64,000 nt of DNA from Eledone cirrhosa (lineage: Eukaryota). Below the pieces are notes generated by a model, which worked only from the letters and a program-made list of their open reading frames with translations, was not told the origin of the DNA and did no database searches. Below, piece after piece: positions 1-12,321 of the stretch (the first letter of the stretch is position 1; the number at the start of each line of letters is the position of its first letter). The stretch covers positions 3,224,001-3,288,000 of the forward strand of contig OZ024748.1 of NCBI GenBank assembly GCA_964016885.1, read 5' to 3'. A program made the position numbers and the translations under genes.

Positions 1-79
1 CATAAAAACAATGATGATAATCAGTAAAACCTTATATGTGTCTGATTTTGATTGATTTTTTTTTTCTTTTCATAATTAG

Positions 80-187
80 GCTGCCCGAGGTGAGCCAATT
101 ACTTTGAAGGCTCAACTTGACAAAATTACTAAAGATTTTGAGGACTTCAAAGCACATAAAACGGAGGAGATTGACAAACTTACAGAG
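80..187 (+). CDS. TAX1BP1: TAX1BP1-like exon (AARGEPITLKAQLDK...KLTE)
   Basis: Polypyrimidine tract + AG at 78-79, GT at 188, phase 0/0, coiled-coil peptide. Confidence 0.8.
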
Positions 188-2465
188 GTAATTATGTATT
201 TTATTTTATATTATAGCTTTTTCTTATTTGTGTCTGGCTTTAAGGATATTCCAAAGGTCCAACCTTCCAAGTTCTTTTTAAAGGACTTTGAAAAACTGAA
301 GGATCAAGTGCAATAAGTGTGTGAATCTGAGAGGGGAATATGTTGAATAAAATCATAATTAACTGAGCCTCCTGTATTTTCTTTTACCCAAAGCCAGGAA
401 CTTTTCACCACCCCCTTGTATGTCCCCATTTAACCCTGTAACATTTACATTACTCTATATTTATTATATTTTCAAGGTAAAGGCTTTACCTCACATAATA
501 TCTAAACTGAGATTTTGATATTATTTATTTTGAGAACAATACCTTAATGTCTGTATGAGCGGCCAGTTACGGCCGGTTTGAACAAAAAGAAGTGAGAGAA
601 TTCTGGCTGGATACGGCCGGTTTAAATGCTAAAGAGTTAAAGTTTATGTTGTATTTAACTAATTTCTCTTGAAGAACATAATAAAATGGTTGTAAATATT
701 TTATGAATCTCGAAGAACTAATAAGGACCAGTGCCTTGTTTTATATATTTTAAACTATTGAGCATGTTTCCCAGTTTTTAGAATTGGTACACCATATCCC
801 TGCATATTGTCAGAGGAGACTAAATGTGTTGGCATCAGGAAGGGCATCTATCTGGCTATAAAATGTGTCTCAAAATATCCAAGCCATGCCAGCATGGAAG
901 AGTGGACATAAAAACGATGATAATGATGATGAGTCAGATAAGAACGGCAATAGTTATAAGACTGAATCATCATCATCATCATCACCATTTTATGTCCGTT
1001 CTTCCACGCTAGCATGGGTTAGACGGGTTGTCATGTTGTGGGCAGTGTCTGGTTGGCTGCTCATACGGGAACTGATTCTGACTTGATTTCTACAGCTGGA
1101 TGCCCTTCCTAACACCAACCTTTACAGTGAGTCCTGGGTGCTTTTTTTTTCCGTGGCACCATCACGTCTACTTTACAGTGTGGGCTGGGTGCTTTTTTGC
1201 CGTGGCACCTCAACGACCACTTTGCAGTGGGAGGGTGTGGGGGGCATATTGTCTATATGCTTCAGCTTCAGCTTGTACTCGTGGGGGGTCGGGTCTTCTG
1301 TATTACTGCGTGACTCCTTTGAGAGGTGTAATTGGGTAAGGTCGGCTTTTATCACCTCATCCCAGGTCTTCATGGGTCTCCCCACCTCCCTTAGAATTAT
1401 ATTTAGGATGCACGTGTCTGTGAAATGCTTAGCCTCTTACACATAAATTTGAAGAGCAGACTGTGCCATTAATGCATTAACTGGAACATTTGTCTCTGGA
1501 ACCGATGGAGAATTATTTCTACTGTAGGCACTAGGCCAAAAATTTGGGGAAGGGAAAGTCAATTAAATCAACCCCAGTGCATTACTGGTACTTTATTTTA
1601 TCAACCCTCATAAGGATGAAAGGCAAAGCTAACCTTGGCGTGATTTGAACTCAGAATGTGACTCTATGCTGTGAAGCCTGATGTTTGATGCTGCCAATCC
1701 ACTGTTAAAAATATATTGAAAGGATTAAATAAATGTCATACATGAGTGTGTGTTTTTGTTCACTTTCAGGAGAGTGACAGCTTGAAGAAGGAAGCAGACA
1801 GCCTAATACACCCACAGTCAATATACTGTTTACAGAAGGTTTTAGAAACTTTACAGGAAAGATATGGTAAACTTCTGAAACAGAATGAAGAAATATCATT
1901 ACGCAACAAGGAGTTAACTAACGATGTTGTAAGTATAAGTATTCAATTATATATGTGTGTGTGTGTGACAGCTAGATCCGAACTAAAGCGCTGGTGTTCA
2001 GGTGGCGGGAATCTAGCTGAACTCCTCAAGGCGTATAGTTCATATATGGGCAGACAGTCTGTGCAAAAAAAATCTTTAAAGTTTGCTTGTCTTTCTCAAG
2101 GAGTGGTCAGTAATTGGTGGTGGTGTGCATTTGTTCAAATGTGCGTCTTCGTAAAGATAGCTGGTTTAGTCCTGCTTTATCCCGATAAAAGTCTTGAATG
2201 TCAAAACATCGGGATATCAAGACTAAACCAGTTATCTTTAAGAAGACGCACATTTGAACAAATGTACCCCCCCCCCCCCCCCAGCTATCACTGACCACTT
2301 CCAGAGAAAAACAAAAAAAATAAGCAAACTTTAAAAAAATTTTTTGCATAGACTGTCTGCCCATATATGGACTATACTCCTTGAGGGGTTCTGCTAGATT
2401 CCCGGCCAGAGCTCAGCCACTGGGGTCAAATATACCTAACTGTGCCAAAGATTTCACACATTTTC

Positions 2466-2503
<38 letters not shown>

Positions 2504-5500
2504 CAAAAATATTGATGTAATTCAATTCAAGAACTCGACGTGTAATTTCCTCACAGAAGTGACGGAGTATTTTTAGAATAAGGAAATATAAAGTCCTTTA
2601 TTGATAAGGCTGTGGTACATATTTCGAGGACGACAAATGGTTACGCAATACAGCGTTGAAGCCATTGCCTTCCTCTCTTCAGACAGTGTCTTATATAATA
2701 AAGTTACAATCAAGGAGGTAATCCAAAATTGACGTGACAAAGGGAACGGACAGACAGCGATGTTCGTTAATCGAATGTCCATTCCGCTATTTGTCGCCCT
2801 CGAAATATGTATCACAGCCTTATCAATAAAGGACTTTATCATCTAAACTTTGTAATTCCTTATTCTATATATATATATGTATACACACAGGCTGCATTGA
2901 AAACTGAAATCCGAGAACGTGAGAATGACCTTCAGGGGTGGCAACTAAGAGTTACCAAGTGTTCTGAAGAATACAAGAAACTTTACTCAGAAAACCAGAA
3001 GAACATAAAGAAAGTTGAAAAATTAAGTAAGTCTTTTATTTCCTTTTGCTTATGTTGAGAGTTGCATACTGTGTTTATCTGGTTTAGAATAGTTACAGTG
3101 CTGCCATGCTTGTTGTAAGAGATGAGACGAAAGTCAACAGGTTGGTGTTCGGAAGTGTATTCCTACTGTAAAACATTGCATGTTCCATCTCTTTACATTC
3201 TGAGTTCAAATCCAGTCAGGGTCAATAAAATAAAATACCATTGAAGTACTGGGGAGGGGGGCAATATAATAAACTTTTTCCTACCCCAAAATTACTGGCC
3301 TTGTGCCTAAATTACAAACATTGTTGGTAGTCTTTTATTTTTAGTTTTAACTTCTTTTTTTTTTTGTTATTTTTCTATTTTCTTCCCAACTGCAATTCAG
3401 AAAGTACCAAGTCTGCTTTTCCTGAGAAAATAAGTGATAATTCCTATAATGCTAATGTTGAAAGTGAAGACGCTACCTCTGGAAATACTACTACACCTGT
3501 TACCAACACCAATACTACAGAAGTTCTGGAAAAACAGCTGTTACACTACAAGAACAAGGCAGAGCACTTCAAAGGATTACATCATGATTGTGAGAAAAAA
3601 ATGGTAAATCAAAGAAAAACCTATTCAGATGAAATCAGTGATCTAGAACAGAAACTGGCAGCTAAAGAGAAGCACCATAATAAATCATCTTCAAAGTCCA
3701 TTTCTAAGGTAAGGTTGGTAGATGAGGATTTAATGTGTAAAATTCTAGACAGAAACTTCAGAAGCCCTTCTTTTATATATATATACACACACACACATAT
3801 ATACATATATCATCATCATCATTTTACGTCCGCTTTTCCCTGCTTGCAAGGGTGGGACAGGAACTGATTCTGGCTTGATTTATACAGCTGGATGCCCTTC
3901 CTAACATCAACCTCATTTACAGTGAGTGCTGGGTGCTTTTTTGCCGTGGCACCTCCACAACCACTTTATAGTAGAATGATATGGACCCCAGTCCCTATCA
4001 TCTCATTTCTACAGCTGAGCAAACTGGAGCAATGTGAAATAAAGTGTCTTGCTCAAGGAAACAACACATCACCCGTTCTGAGAATTGAACTCACAACCTT
4101 TCAATTGCAAGGCCAATGCTCTAACCACTAAGCTGATTCTTTTCTTAAACTTTAATCTGTTATTTTAATAAATATTTGCTCTAGAGTTCTTATATATTTA
4201 TCCTTATCAAGCCCTCTTTGGATTTTAGTCTTCACATTTATTATTATTACTATATATATATATATGGCCTTTATTTATCACATAGTTGCAATGGCCATTC
4301 CCTGAACAGGTTCTGTAAGGATATAATAAAAGCCTTTCACATACTAGGACTTAATATTACAGTAGACAAGAATGTTGACATTACAGTAGACAAGAATGTT
4401 GACATTAACTTAAACATGGCCTCAGGTATATATAAACAATACTATAAACCTGAAATATATCAACAGAGGTTTCTCTCATCTGTAGGTTTTAAAAATCTAA
4501 TCTCTAATATTAGTTGTAGGACTTAATATTACAATAGACACGAAGTAAGCCAAAATTAGTTCTGTATAAGCAAGGCATGGTCACTCGACTTAGTATGGCC
4601 CACAACAGGACAACTCATCTAACCCATACTAGTGTGGAAGAATGGATGTAAAATGGTGATGATGACGAACCTCTCCAACACAGGAGGGGTTTGTGTAGTT
4701 TCCATCTACTAAATTTCTCTGACAATCATCATCATTGTTTAACGTCTATCTTCCATGCTAGCATGGGTTTGTCCAATTTGAGGCAAGCTTGGTTGGGGGA
4801 CCATGTCTCGCTCGTATAGGACTGTTTCTGGCTGGATGCCTCTCCTAACGCCAAGAACATTAACAGTGTTAATGCGTTAGTTAAATATACATTGTGTAAA
4901 CATATATTTTCTGTATCTTATTCTTAGATTTATTTATTCCTATTTATTTCGCAATTTAATTTTTTTATATTTAAAATAAAAAAAAAAATTTCATTTTCTT
5001 TTTTTTCTTTTTCATTTTTTTATATTTAAAATAAAAAAAATTATTAGAGCAAAAAATTGTCAACGTTAAAAATGCCACAAATTCCAAGAACTACATCTGT
5101 ATATGCATTTGGCAATGGCATGATGTTGGAACACGATTCTCCACTGTTGTATGGAAATCCTTATACCAGCCCTACACCACAGGAATATAAGCCACCTTCT
5201 TATCATGATCATATTGTTATTCCGTCTGATAAACGAGCAACAACAACAACAATATCATCATCATCCACAACAACAAAGTCAAAGACACAAAAGTCTTCAG
5301 CAAAAAATCTGCCAACCCCAATAGAACCGACCGTTCTGCCTTCTGCTAAAGCTGCTGCAGTAAAGGCAGCATCAAAAGGTACAAAACTCTTAATTTTACT
5401 GTATATACCATACTCCTTTCCTAGCTCTATCATATAAGACTGTTTCTTTTAAAGTCTGTGTGTTTATCTAGAGCAGTCATAGTGAAACACTGCCCTGTAT

Positions 5501-8500
5501 TTCAATTAATTAATGAAGTATTTAGTTTAAAAAATAGTTTTTGTAGGATAAATTATCTTTTATTTCTTTCCCCCCTCCTATAATTCATCTCATCATCATC
5601 GTTTAACGTCCATCTTCCACGCTAGCATGGGTTAGAAGAGGAACTCACTCGTATAGAACTGTATCTGACAGGTTTTCTACAGCTGGATGCCCTTCCTAAC
5701 ACCAACCACATTTACACTGGACTGGGAGCCTTTTTACCATGTTTCCTACACAACCACATCACAGCATGGACTGTGTTTTTTTTGTCGTGACACCTACACG
5801 ACCACTTTAGTTTGGACTGGATATTGTGGGACCAACATAACTTTACAGAGAAACGGTGGTGTTGGTGGGAGTGGTAGGATGGAGTAGGGGTGTATATTTG
5901 GTTAAGAGGTGCCTCATCTATATATAAATTTCTGTGATTCGGTCACAACACATAGAGAGGAGTAGTTTGACTACCTCATACTATTCCTCTCTCTTTACAT
6001 CTGCTGCCTGCGTGAATGAATGTGTGTGTAAAAGGAAGGAAGGGGGTGATGAAAAAACTATAGCAAAATAGCGGATGGCATTCCATTTCTTATGCTGTGT
6101 ATGTGAATGTATTTTTGTAAGTGTGTGTTTGCACGTTTATATTTATATACTCATACATATAAATAATGAATCAAAACATATCAAATATGTTTAAAATTTT
6201 GTGTTTATCAATAAGCTCGATAGACTTTATCTAGAGACACAATAACCAAATAGATATATGTATATATATAGAGAGAAAGCCATATATTGTACAAGAAACA
6301 CTATATTGTATATATACCAAATACATATTCTATAGAAGATGTATTTGTTATAATAATAATAATGAAATTATTGTGTAAAGTGCTCAGGTGCACTACAACT
6401 CATCAAAGGTGCATGTATAGTACATAGAATAATACACAAATGTCAGGGAAGTCAATAGTGTATGAGTCATGATATACATATGTGTATGGAGGGGGAACAT
6501 TAGGTGTAGTGTTGGCGAATCTCAGGAAGCATGGAGGCCTTAAAGGATGCAGTGTCTCGACAGCTAACAACTGATGCAGGTAGTTTGTTCCATGCTTCAG
6601 CAACTCTGAGTGTGAAAAAATGTTTCCGAAAGTCATGGGAACTGTACTGTTATATACACAATATACCATGTTTCTCGTATACATGTAAATGTATGTATAT
6701 GTACATATACACATACGCGTCACTGTGTTGAAAAAAATTCTAGTATTATCAAAGTTTAACCCTCCAAGAATATTGTACAAAAATCTTTCTCTAATGGCAG
6801 TAATTTTAAAAAGATTGCTATATTGATTTTAAATATTTTGTCCATTTGCTACCAAACAATATGAAACTACTTTAGTTCTAAAATACCAACTCTTTGTTTA
6901 TCATCATCATCGTCATCGTTTAACGTCTATCCTCCATGCTAGCATGGGTTTATATCTATTTAAAAACCTTCCATCCTAATTTTATCTAAGAATCTTTATA
7001 AAGTTAGGTTTCAAATATCTAAATTTCTCTAAATCTCCCAGAATAAAGTACCAGTAATGCACTGGAATCAATTTAATCGACTTCCCCCCCCCCCCCAAAA
7101 AAAATTGTTGGCCTTGTGCTTAAATCAGAAACCATTATCATTATTTTTATTGTTGTTATTTTTTTATAGACAAATCTGTTCTAAAACTTGAAGCTTATTT
7201 GTTGGGTCCTTCTGAGTCAACCACTGCAGGAACTAAGTTTTTATACAGAGAAGTGTAAGTACAATGGTCTTCAGTTATATCTGTCTAATGTTTGCTATAA
7301 GGCGGCGAATCAGCAGAGTCGTTAGAACATCAGATAGAATGCTTAATGGTATTTGTTTCTGATCTCTGAGTTCAAATCCTGCCGAGCTCAACTTTGCCTT
7401 TCATCCTTTTGAGGTCGATAAAAAAAGTACCAGTGGTGTACTGGGGTCAATTCTGCCTCTATATCTCTTTCTCACTTTCTATGGAAGAAATCTGCTGTAC
7501 TCAGGCCTGGACTCCACCAGGCTTAAAATGCCCAAGAAACGCTGTATGTCAATATGTCAACCCTACAATTCTATCAGGAGTTATGGGACCATACTATACC
7601 ATACCAATCTTTGCTGTAAATCTATACCACATTGTTTTACAAATAGAATAAATAAACTTGGTTGTGGCTTAGGAAAGGCATCCAGCAGGCATAAAAACCC
7701 AATCAAAACACGGTCCCGCTATGAGCAAGGTACAGTTTGGTCAACTGGCCAGGCCTCCCTCATAACCTGACCATCCATCTCCCAAAATACTGTCCCGCTA
7801 TGAGCAAGGTACAGTTTGGTCAACAGGCCAGGCCTCCCTCGTGAGCTGAGCACCCATCTCCCAAAATACTGTCCCGCTATGAGCAAGGTACAGTTTGGTC
7901 AACAGGCCAGGCCTTCCTCGTGAGCTGAGCACCCATCTCCCAAAATACTGTCCCGCTATGAGCAAGGTACAGTTTGGTCAACAGGCCAGACCTCCCTCGG
8001 GAGCTGAGCACCCATCTCCCAAAATACTGTCCCGCTATGAGCAAGGTACAGTTTGGTCAACAGGCCAGGCCTCCCTCGTGAGCTGAGCACCCATCTCCCA
8101 AAATACTGCCCCGCTATGAGCAAGGTACAGTTTGGTCAACAGGCCAGGCCTCCCTCGTGAGCTGAGCACCCATCTCCCAAAATACTGCCCCGCTATGAGC
8201 AAGGTATGCCGTGGCCAACTGGCCAGACCTTCCTCACCAAGTTCAACACTGTAAATGTGTTTGGTGTTAGGAATGATATCCTGCTGTAAAAATTCCAGCC
8301 AAAATACCGTCCCACTATGAGCAATAAATGGCGCGGCCAGCTGGCCTGACATGTCTCATAATGTGGTAGATGTAGGGTGATATCATCGTTTAACGTCTAT
8401 CTTCCACGCTAGCATGGGTTAGACGGGAATTGTCCCATTTGAGGCAGGATTGGTCGGGTGACCATGTCTCGCTCGTATAGGACTGTCTGGCAGGTTTTCT

Positions 8501-8702
8501 ACGGCTGCATACTCTTCCTAACACCAACCACATTTACCGTGTGGACTGGGAGGTTTTAACCATGTTACCTACACGGCCACATTACAGAGTGGAGTGTGTG
8601 GGGTTTTTTTGCCATGACACCTACACATATATATATAAAAGGTAAATTATATGAGTCGATGATACAATACAGATATTTAAAGCTCTAATGTAATATATTA
8701 TA

Positions 8703-8734
<32 letters not shown>

Positions 8735-8958
8735 GTTGCAGGTCCATCGGTGATACTTTAACCAGTGGTGATTTGCGAATCTGTCCGAAATGCGATGAAG
8801 CTTTCCCAAAAGATGTAAGTGAAAGTGTCTTCAGCGAACACATAGCAAACCACTTTGGACGAATGTGTCCAATGTGTATGAAAATCACAGATGACGATGT
8901 TCCACAAGATATATATGAAAGCCATGTTTATGAATGCATTAAAAAGCAATGTAACTAA
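80..8958 (+). CDS. TAX1BP1: TAX1BP1/CALCOCO-family autophagy receptor, 3' part (7 exons, 447 aa; 5' end outside window)
   Basis: Exons 80-187, 1770-1928, 2891-3026, 3401-3708, 5048-5378, 7170-7254 and 8742-8958 join in phase with AG/GT ends. Protein has coiled coil, a PLLYGNPY motif (cf. PVLQYGNPY recalled from vertebrate TAX1BP1) and tandem C-terminal UBZ-type zinc fingers. Confidence 0.82.
434..636. mobile_element. piggyBac-like MITE (TTAA TSD)
   Basis: TTAA-CCCTGTAACATTTA...TAAATGCTAAAGAG-TTAA; family copies at about 9135-9307, 10021-10190, 30504-30701, 31604-31800, 54760-54950 and 57821-58378. Confidence 0.75.
968..1390 (-). mobile_element. RTE 3' end fragment
   Basis: [15 protein letters not shown] plus 3' UTR near-identical to 23790-24240, with (TGA)n tail. 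Confidence 0.85.
1770..1928 (+). CDS. TAX1BP1: TAX1BP1-like exon (ESDSLKKE...ELTNDV)
   Basis: tttcag acceptor, gtaagt donor, phase 0/0. Confidence 0.85.
2004..2406. repeat. Fold-back element with ~180 bp arms
   Basis: 2004-2184 is the reverse complement of 2207-2406 with scattered mismatches and indels. Confidence 0.9.
2588..2839. mobile_element. MITE with ~52 bp terminal inverted repeats
   Basis: ATAAAGTCCTTTATTGATAAGGCTGTG...CACAGCCTTATCAATAAAGGACTTTAT. Confidence 0.8.
2891..3026 (+). CDS. TAX1BP1: TAX1BP1-like exon (AALKTEIRERENDLQGWQLRVTKCSEEYKKLY...)
   Basis: cacag acceptor, gtaagt donor, phase 0/1; resembles the TAX1BP1 coiled-coil segment LRLQMAADHYKEKF. Confidence 0.85.
3401..3708 (+). 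CDS. TAX1BP1: TAX1BP1-like exon (STKSAFPEK...SKSISK)
   Basis: ttcag acceptor, gtaagg donor, phase 1/0. Confidence 0.85.
3810..4133 (-). mobile_element. Full-length SINE, same family as 57964-58308
   Basis: Reverse complement matches head, central domain and tail. Confidence 0.88.
4270..4525 (+). mobile_element. Penelope-like RT fragment
   Basis: KDIIKAFHILGLNITVDKN..DINLNMASGIYKQYYKP resembles the PLE RT C-terminal region. Confidence 0.7.
5048..5378 (+). CDS. TAX1BP1: TAX1BP1-like exon with PLLYGNPY motif
   Basis: ttag acceptor, gtacaa donor, phase 0/1. Confidence 0.82.
6350..6648 (-). mobile_element. CR1-like LINE 3' end
   Basis: Minus strand reads RKHFFTLRVAEAWNKLPASVVSCRDTASFKAS, then a UTR and a (TTA)n tail. 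Confidence 0.8.
7170..7254 (+). CDS. TAX1BP1: TAX1BP1-like exon (DKSVLKLEAYLLG...YRE)
   Basis: tttttatag acceptor, gtaagt donor; phase 1/2 exactly bridges the flanking exons. Confidence 0.8.
7710..8235. repeat. 79 bp minisatellite, ~6.5 copies
   Basis: CCCGCTATGAGC recurs at 7715, 7794, 7873, 7952, 8031, 8110 and 8189. Confidence 0.95.
8742..8958 (+). CDS. TAX1BP1: TAX1BP1-like last coding exon, two zinc fingers
   Basis: ttgcag acceptor; CPKC..HIANH then CPMC..HVYEC; TAA stop at 8956-8958. Confidence 0.9.
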
Positions 8959-9618
8959 TGAATCAATCATCTGATTTTTTTTCTTTAAATTTCTCAATTT
9001 TTGCTGTGCTGTTCCTATCAGATTTTGATGAATTGTAACTGTAGTGTTGTCTGTACAAAGATATATATTTCAACCAATACAGACACCAGAAGAGTATTAT
9101 AAATGATGACAACACATTTTCTATTCTATGTTGGTTAACCCTACTATATATACTATTGTATTTTCGTGGTAAAGGGTTTACTTCACATAATATCAAATCT
9201 ACGAGATTTTGATATTATTTATTTTGAGAACAATACCCTAACATCGATATGAGCAGAGATGGGAGAATTCTGGCCGGATATGGCCAGTTTAAATGCTAAA
9301 GGGTTAAACAAACAAACAAAAAAATGTAGTAAGGTTGAAGAATTTAATAGTATTCATCAAAAATATGTAAAGGGGCCACTGCAAAAATGTAGGATTTGAT
9401 AACAAATATGTATATATTTGGATGTTTTGGTTTTTAACCTTTTGTCACCATATTGCAAAATATATTGTCTGTGATTTTCAAATTATTTGTTATTAAAATA
9501 ATGTCCTCATGGATATCTTTTAATTTCTTGTATTATATAAACCTGCATTCTTGAAGCTAAAACAGTTATCTAAAGGATTAAACGTAGTGGTATGTCTAGA
9601 CTATATTATTACATTTCT

Positions 9619-9830
9619 AGTGGATTGGCAGAAACGGTAGAGCGTTGGACCCAATGCTTTTCAGCATAGTTACGGCCCTTTACGTTCAAATCCCGCCGAG
9701 GTTAGCTTTGCCTTTCGTCCTTACGGGGTTGATAAAAATAAAGTACCAGTGATGCACTGGGGTTGATTTAATTGACGCCTTCCCTTCCCTTCAAATTGCT
9801 GGCCTTGTACCAAATACAGAAACAATTATT
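9619..9830 (+). mobile_element. Second SINE family (Nin/Deu-like core GCCTTTCATCCTT..GGGGTCGATAAAATAAAGTACCAG)
   Basis: tRNA-like head with GTTCAAATCC; further copies at about 1510-1700, 7300-7450, 12945-13047, 31160-31340, 37040-37170, 48350-48540 and 51392-51499. Confidence 0.8.
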
Positions 9831-11399
9831 ACATTTCAAATGTTCTAATCTCTACAATATCTACATAATGTAAGCCATGAATAATCAAGATGCTTTAAGA
9901 TTTACACTAAATTGCTTATCACCCCTCTAGGCACAAGGAAAGTTTCAGTTGCTTAACGCCACTTGAAACCAGGACAATCTTTGGCCTGTTGAGTTTATGG
10001 ACTCATGAAAGATTTCAACTTTAACCCTTTTAGCATTTACATTACTCTATATATACTATTGTATTTTCGTGGTATACATTTTATCTCACAATATCGGATC
10101 TATGAGATTTTGATATTATTTATTTTAAGAACAATACCTTAACATAAGTATGAACAGAAAGAGATGAGAGAATTCTAGCTGATATAAATGAACATTGGAA
10201 CAATTATTAGGGCCATTGATAATTATTAAGCCCTATTCCAAAGATAAAAAACAATTCTTAATAGGCCACTCTGACTGGTCTGGTGGGCCACCTGTGGCAC
10301 GCCCCTCGTATAGACAGTGTAATGTAAATGCTAAAGTGTTAAGTTTATATAAAGAAATTATTGTTTCAATTAATGTAGAAAGCATTCCAATTATGAATCT
10401 TTGGGCATTCCTAATATATTTTATAACTTGGGTGTTTTTGTTTTTTTTTTAAATATTTTTGGTGAAGGCTGCATTTATCATTTACTGCTAAATATTGACA
10501 AAGCTTATAAATACCTGGTCTCTATTGAAACTGGGATATATTGAGGCAAACAGTGTGCCTTGCTCATTATGGTGTGTTATTTTATTATATGAATTAATAA
10601 TTATTGTAAAGTCCATTTTCTATGTATTGATTCCGATTTTATTACATCAATTGATTATATATGTGTATACAACAGTATATTATGCTTTTACACTTATTTT
10701 CATATGCGCACATATTTAGATATAGATACAAAAGAATAACAAACATTTTCTATCTATTGCTTTGTTTTTTGGGGGGGTCCCTATGAAATTTTGGTTTTTA
10801 GTTATGTAGAGCTGTTTTAAAAATAAAAATAAAAATCAAGAAGCTATCAGTTGTTTCTTTATATATATTTCTTTTCTTTTCCCATATAGCTTAGGTTTAT
10901 TTTTATTATTAAGTAAAAGTAGTGTTGAGATGAAATGCACCCACTACACTCTGTAAAGTTGTTGCTGATCAGAGACTATGGAGAGAGCTTTTTAGTCTTG
11001 ATGAGGATTTGATAATGACTGGCACAATAAAATGCACCCAGTACACTCAGTTAAGTGATGGGTGTTAAGGACATCCAGTCTCCATTTCATGCTGCAAAAA
11101 CTGTCAATGGGCCTGCGACCTGTCCTGGGATGGACACACAAAGATTGCGTATCTCTAGACCCCAAAGAGAGTTCAGAAGGGAGCAAACCTTGACAATTGG
11201 AACCATGCCACTATTGCAGGTAGACATAGAATGATGATATAGCCAAATATTTTATTAAGGAGAAAATAAATTTGGGATGGGTATGGATGGAGCATGTTTG
11301 CTGTTTGATAGGTTTCACTTACATCTTAAACCACAACAGTGGAAAACTATCAGTATGTCAACCAGAGAGATTTGACTCATCCAGCTAAAATTACACTCT

Positions 11400-12321
11400 G
11401 CTACTAGAGAGGGTGTCATAGCTTGTAGCATCCCAAATGAGGGGCCTACCCTTGCAGAACAAGAAGATTGCAATGCCATCTGGCCTTTTGCTGTTCCCTC
11501 GGTCCAGTCTTGCTGGGTGGGGAAGTCTGTGCCAGCCAGGCCATGATCTCATTGAGAGCTGCATGGAATGGTGTGGGAGGTGGCAGGCACTGTAATGGCA
11601 TGACAGTTGGTGGAGACCAAAAGGATCTACAGTGGTACCTCAGCGGCATTTGTGAGTCTCACAGACAGCAAGCCTCAGGGAAACACTGATGCACAAGTAG
11701 TCGGTGTCCAGCTAAGTATCAGTCGCAAGTGAGGGTGCTGTATTGAGCCAGGCACCACTGTAGGGTTGGGAGGCTGAGCGAAAACATGCCAGATAGTGCA
11801 CTAGCCTGTTTAGGGTAGTTTCTCATGTCTGGGGTAACTGGACGTCTACAGAAGGGGGAGGAAAATAGAGTTTCACAGGGCAGAAGCCAAGATGGTTCCA
11901 TGTCACGTATGTAGCTTCACGTCCCCTGATTACAGTAGGTTCAGTTGCGTTGTGGAGAACACAGCAAGAGATCACTGTCAAAGGGTAAGCAGGCTAGAGT
12001 CAGTGTGATTGGAGACATCAAACCAGACATTGCATATTTCCTAAATGGACATTGAGATCTGTGGGGGGATGTTAGGCTGTAGCACTGCAGAAGGTGTATA
12101 AGACCATCAGCATGGCGAAGCAGTTCCTCAACAAACAGTGCCAGGTGGGTGTTGATCAGGTTCAGTCTACTCGTCAGGGTTTCTAGTTGGTGTAATCTGA
12201 TCCTGAGGGTAAAGCAAATGGTAGGCAGGAAGAGGATAAGGACGTCTTCTTTAGTGATTACCTGCGCCTGATAGAGTGATGATTGCACATCCGAGCAGGG
12301 GAGGGGAGTACAAAGCTTCAT
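11400..12321 (-). mobile_element. Decayed CRE-clade (restriction-like endonuclease) non-LTR retrotransposon, C-terminal part
   Basis: Across frameshifts: HLALF.LRNCFAM, SGAWLN, LRLAVCETHKCR..TVDPFGLH.LSC, HAALNEI, KRPDG, GRPLIWDAT. Confidence 0.8.
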
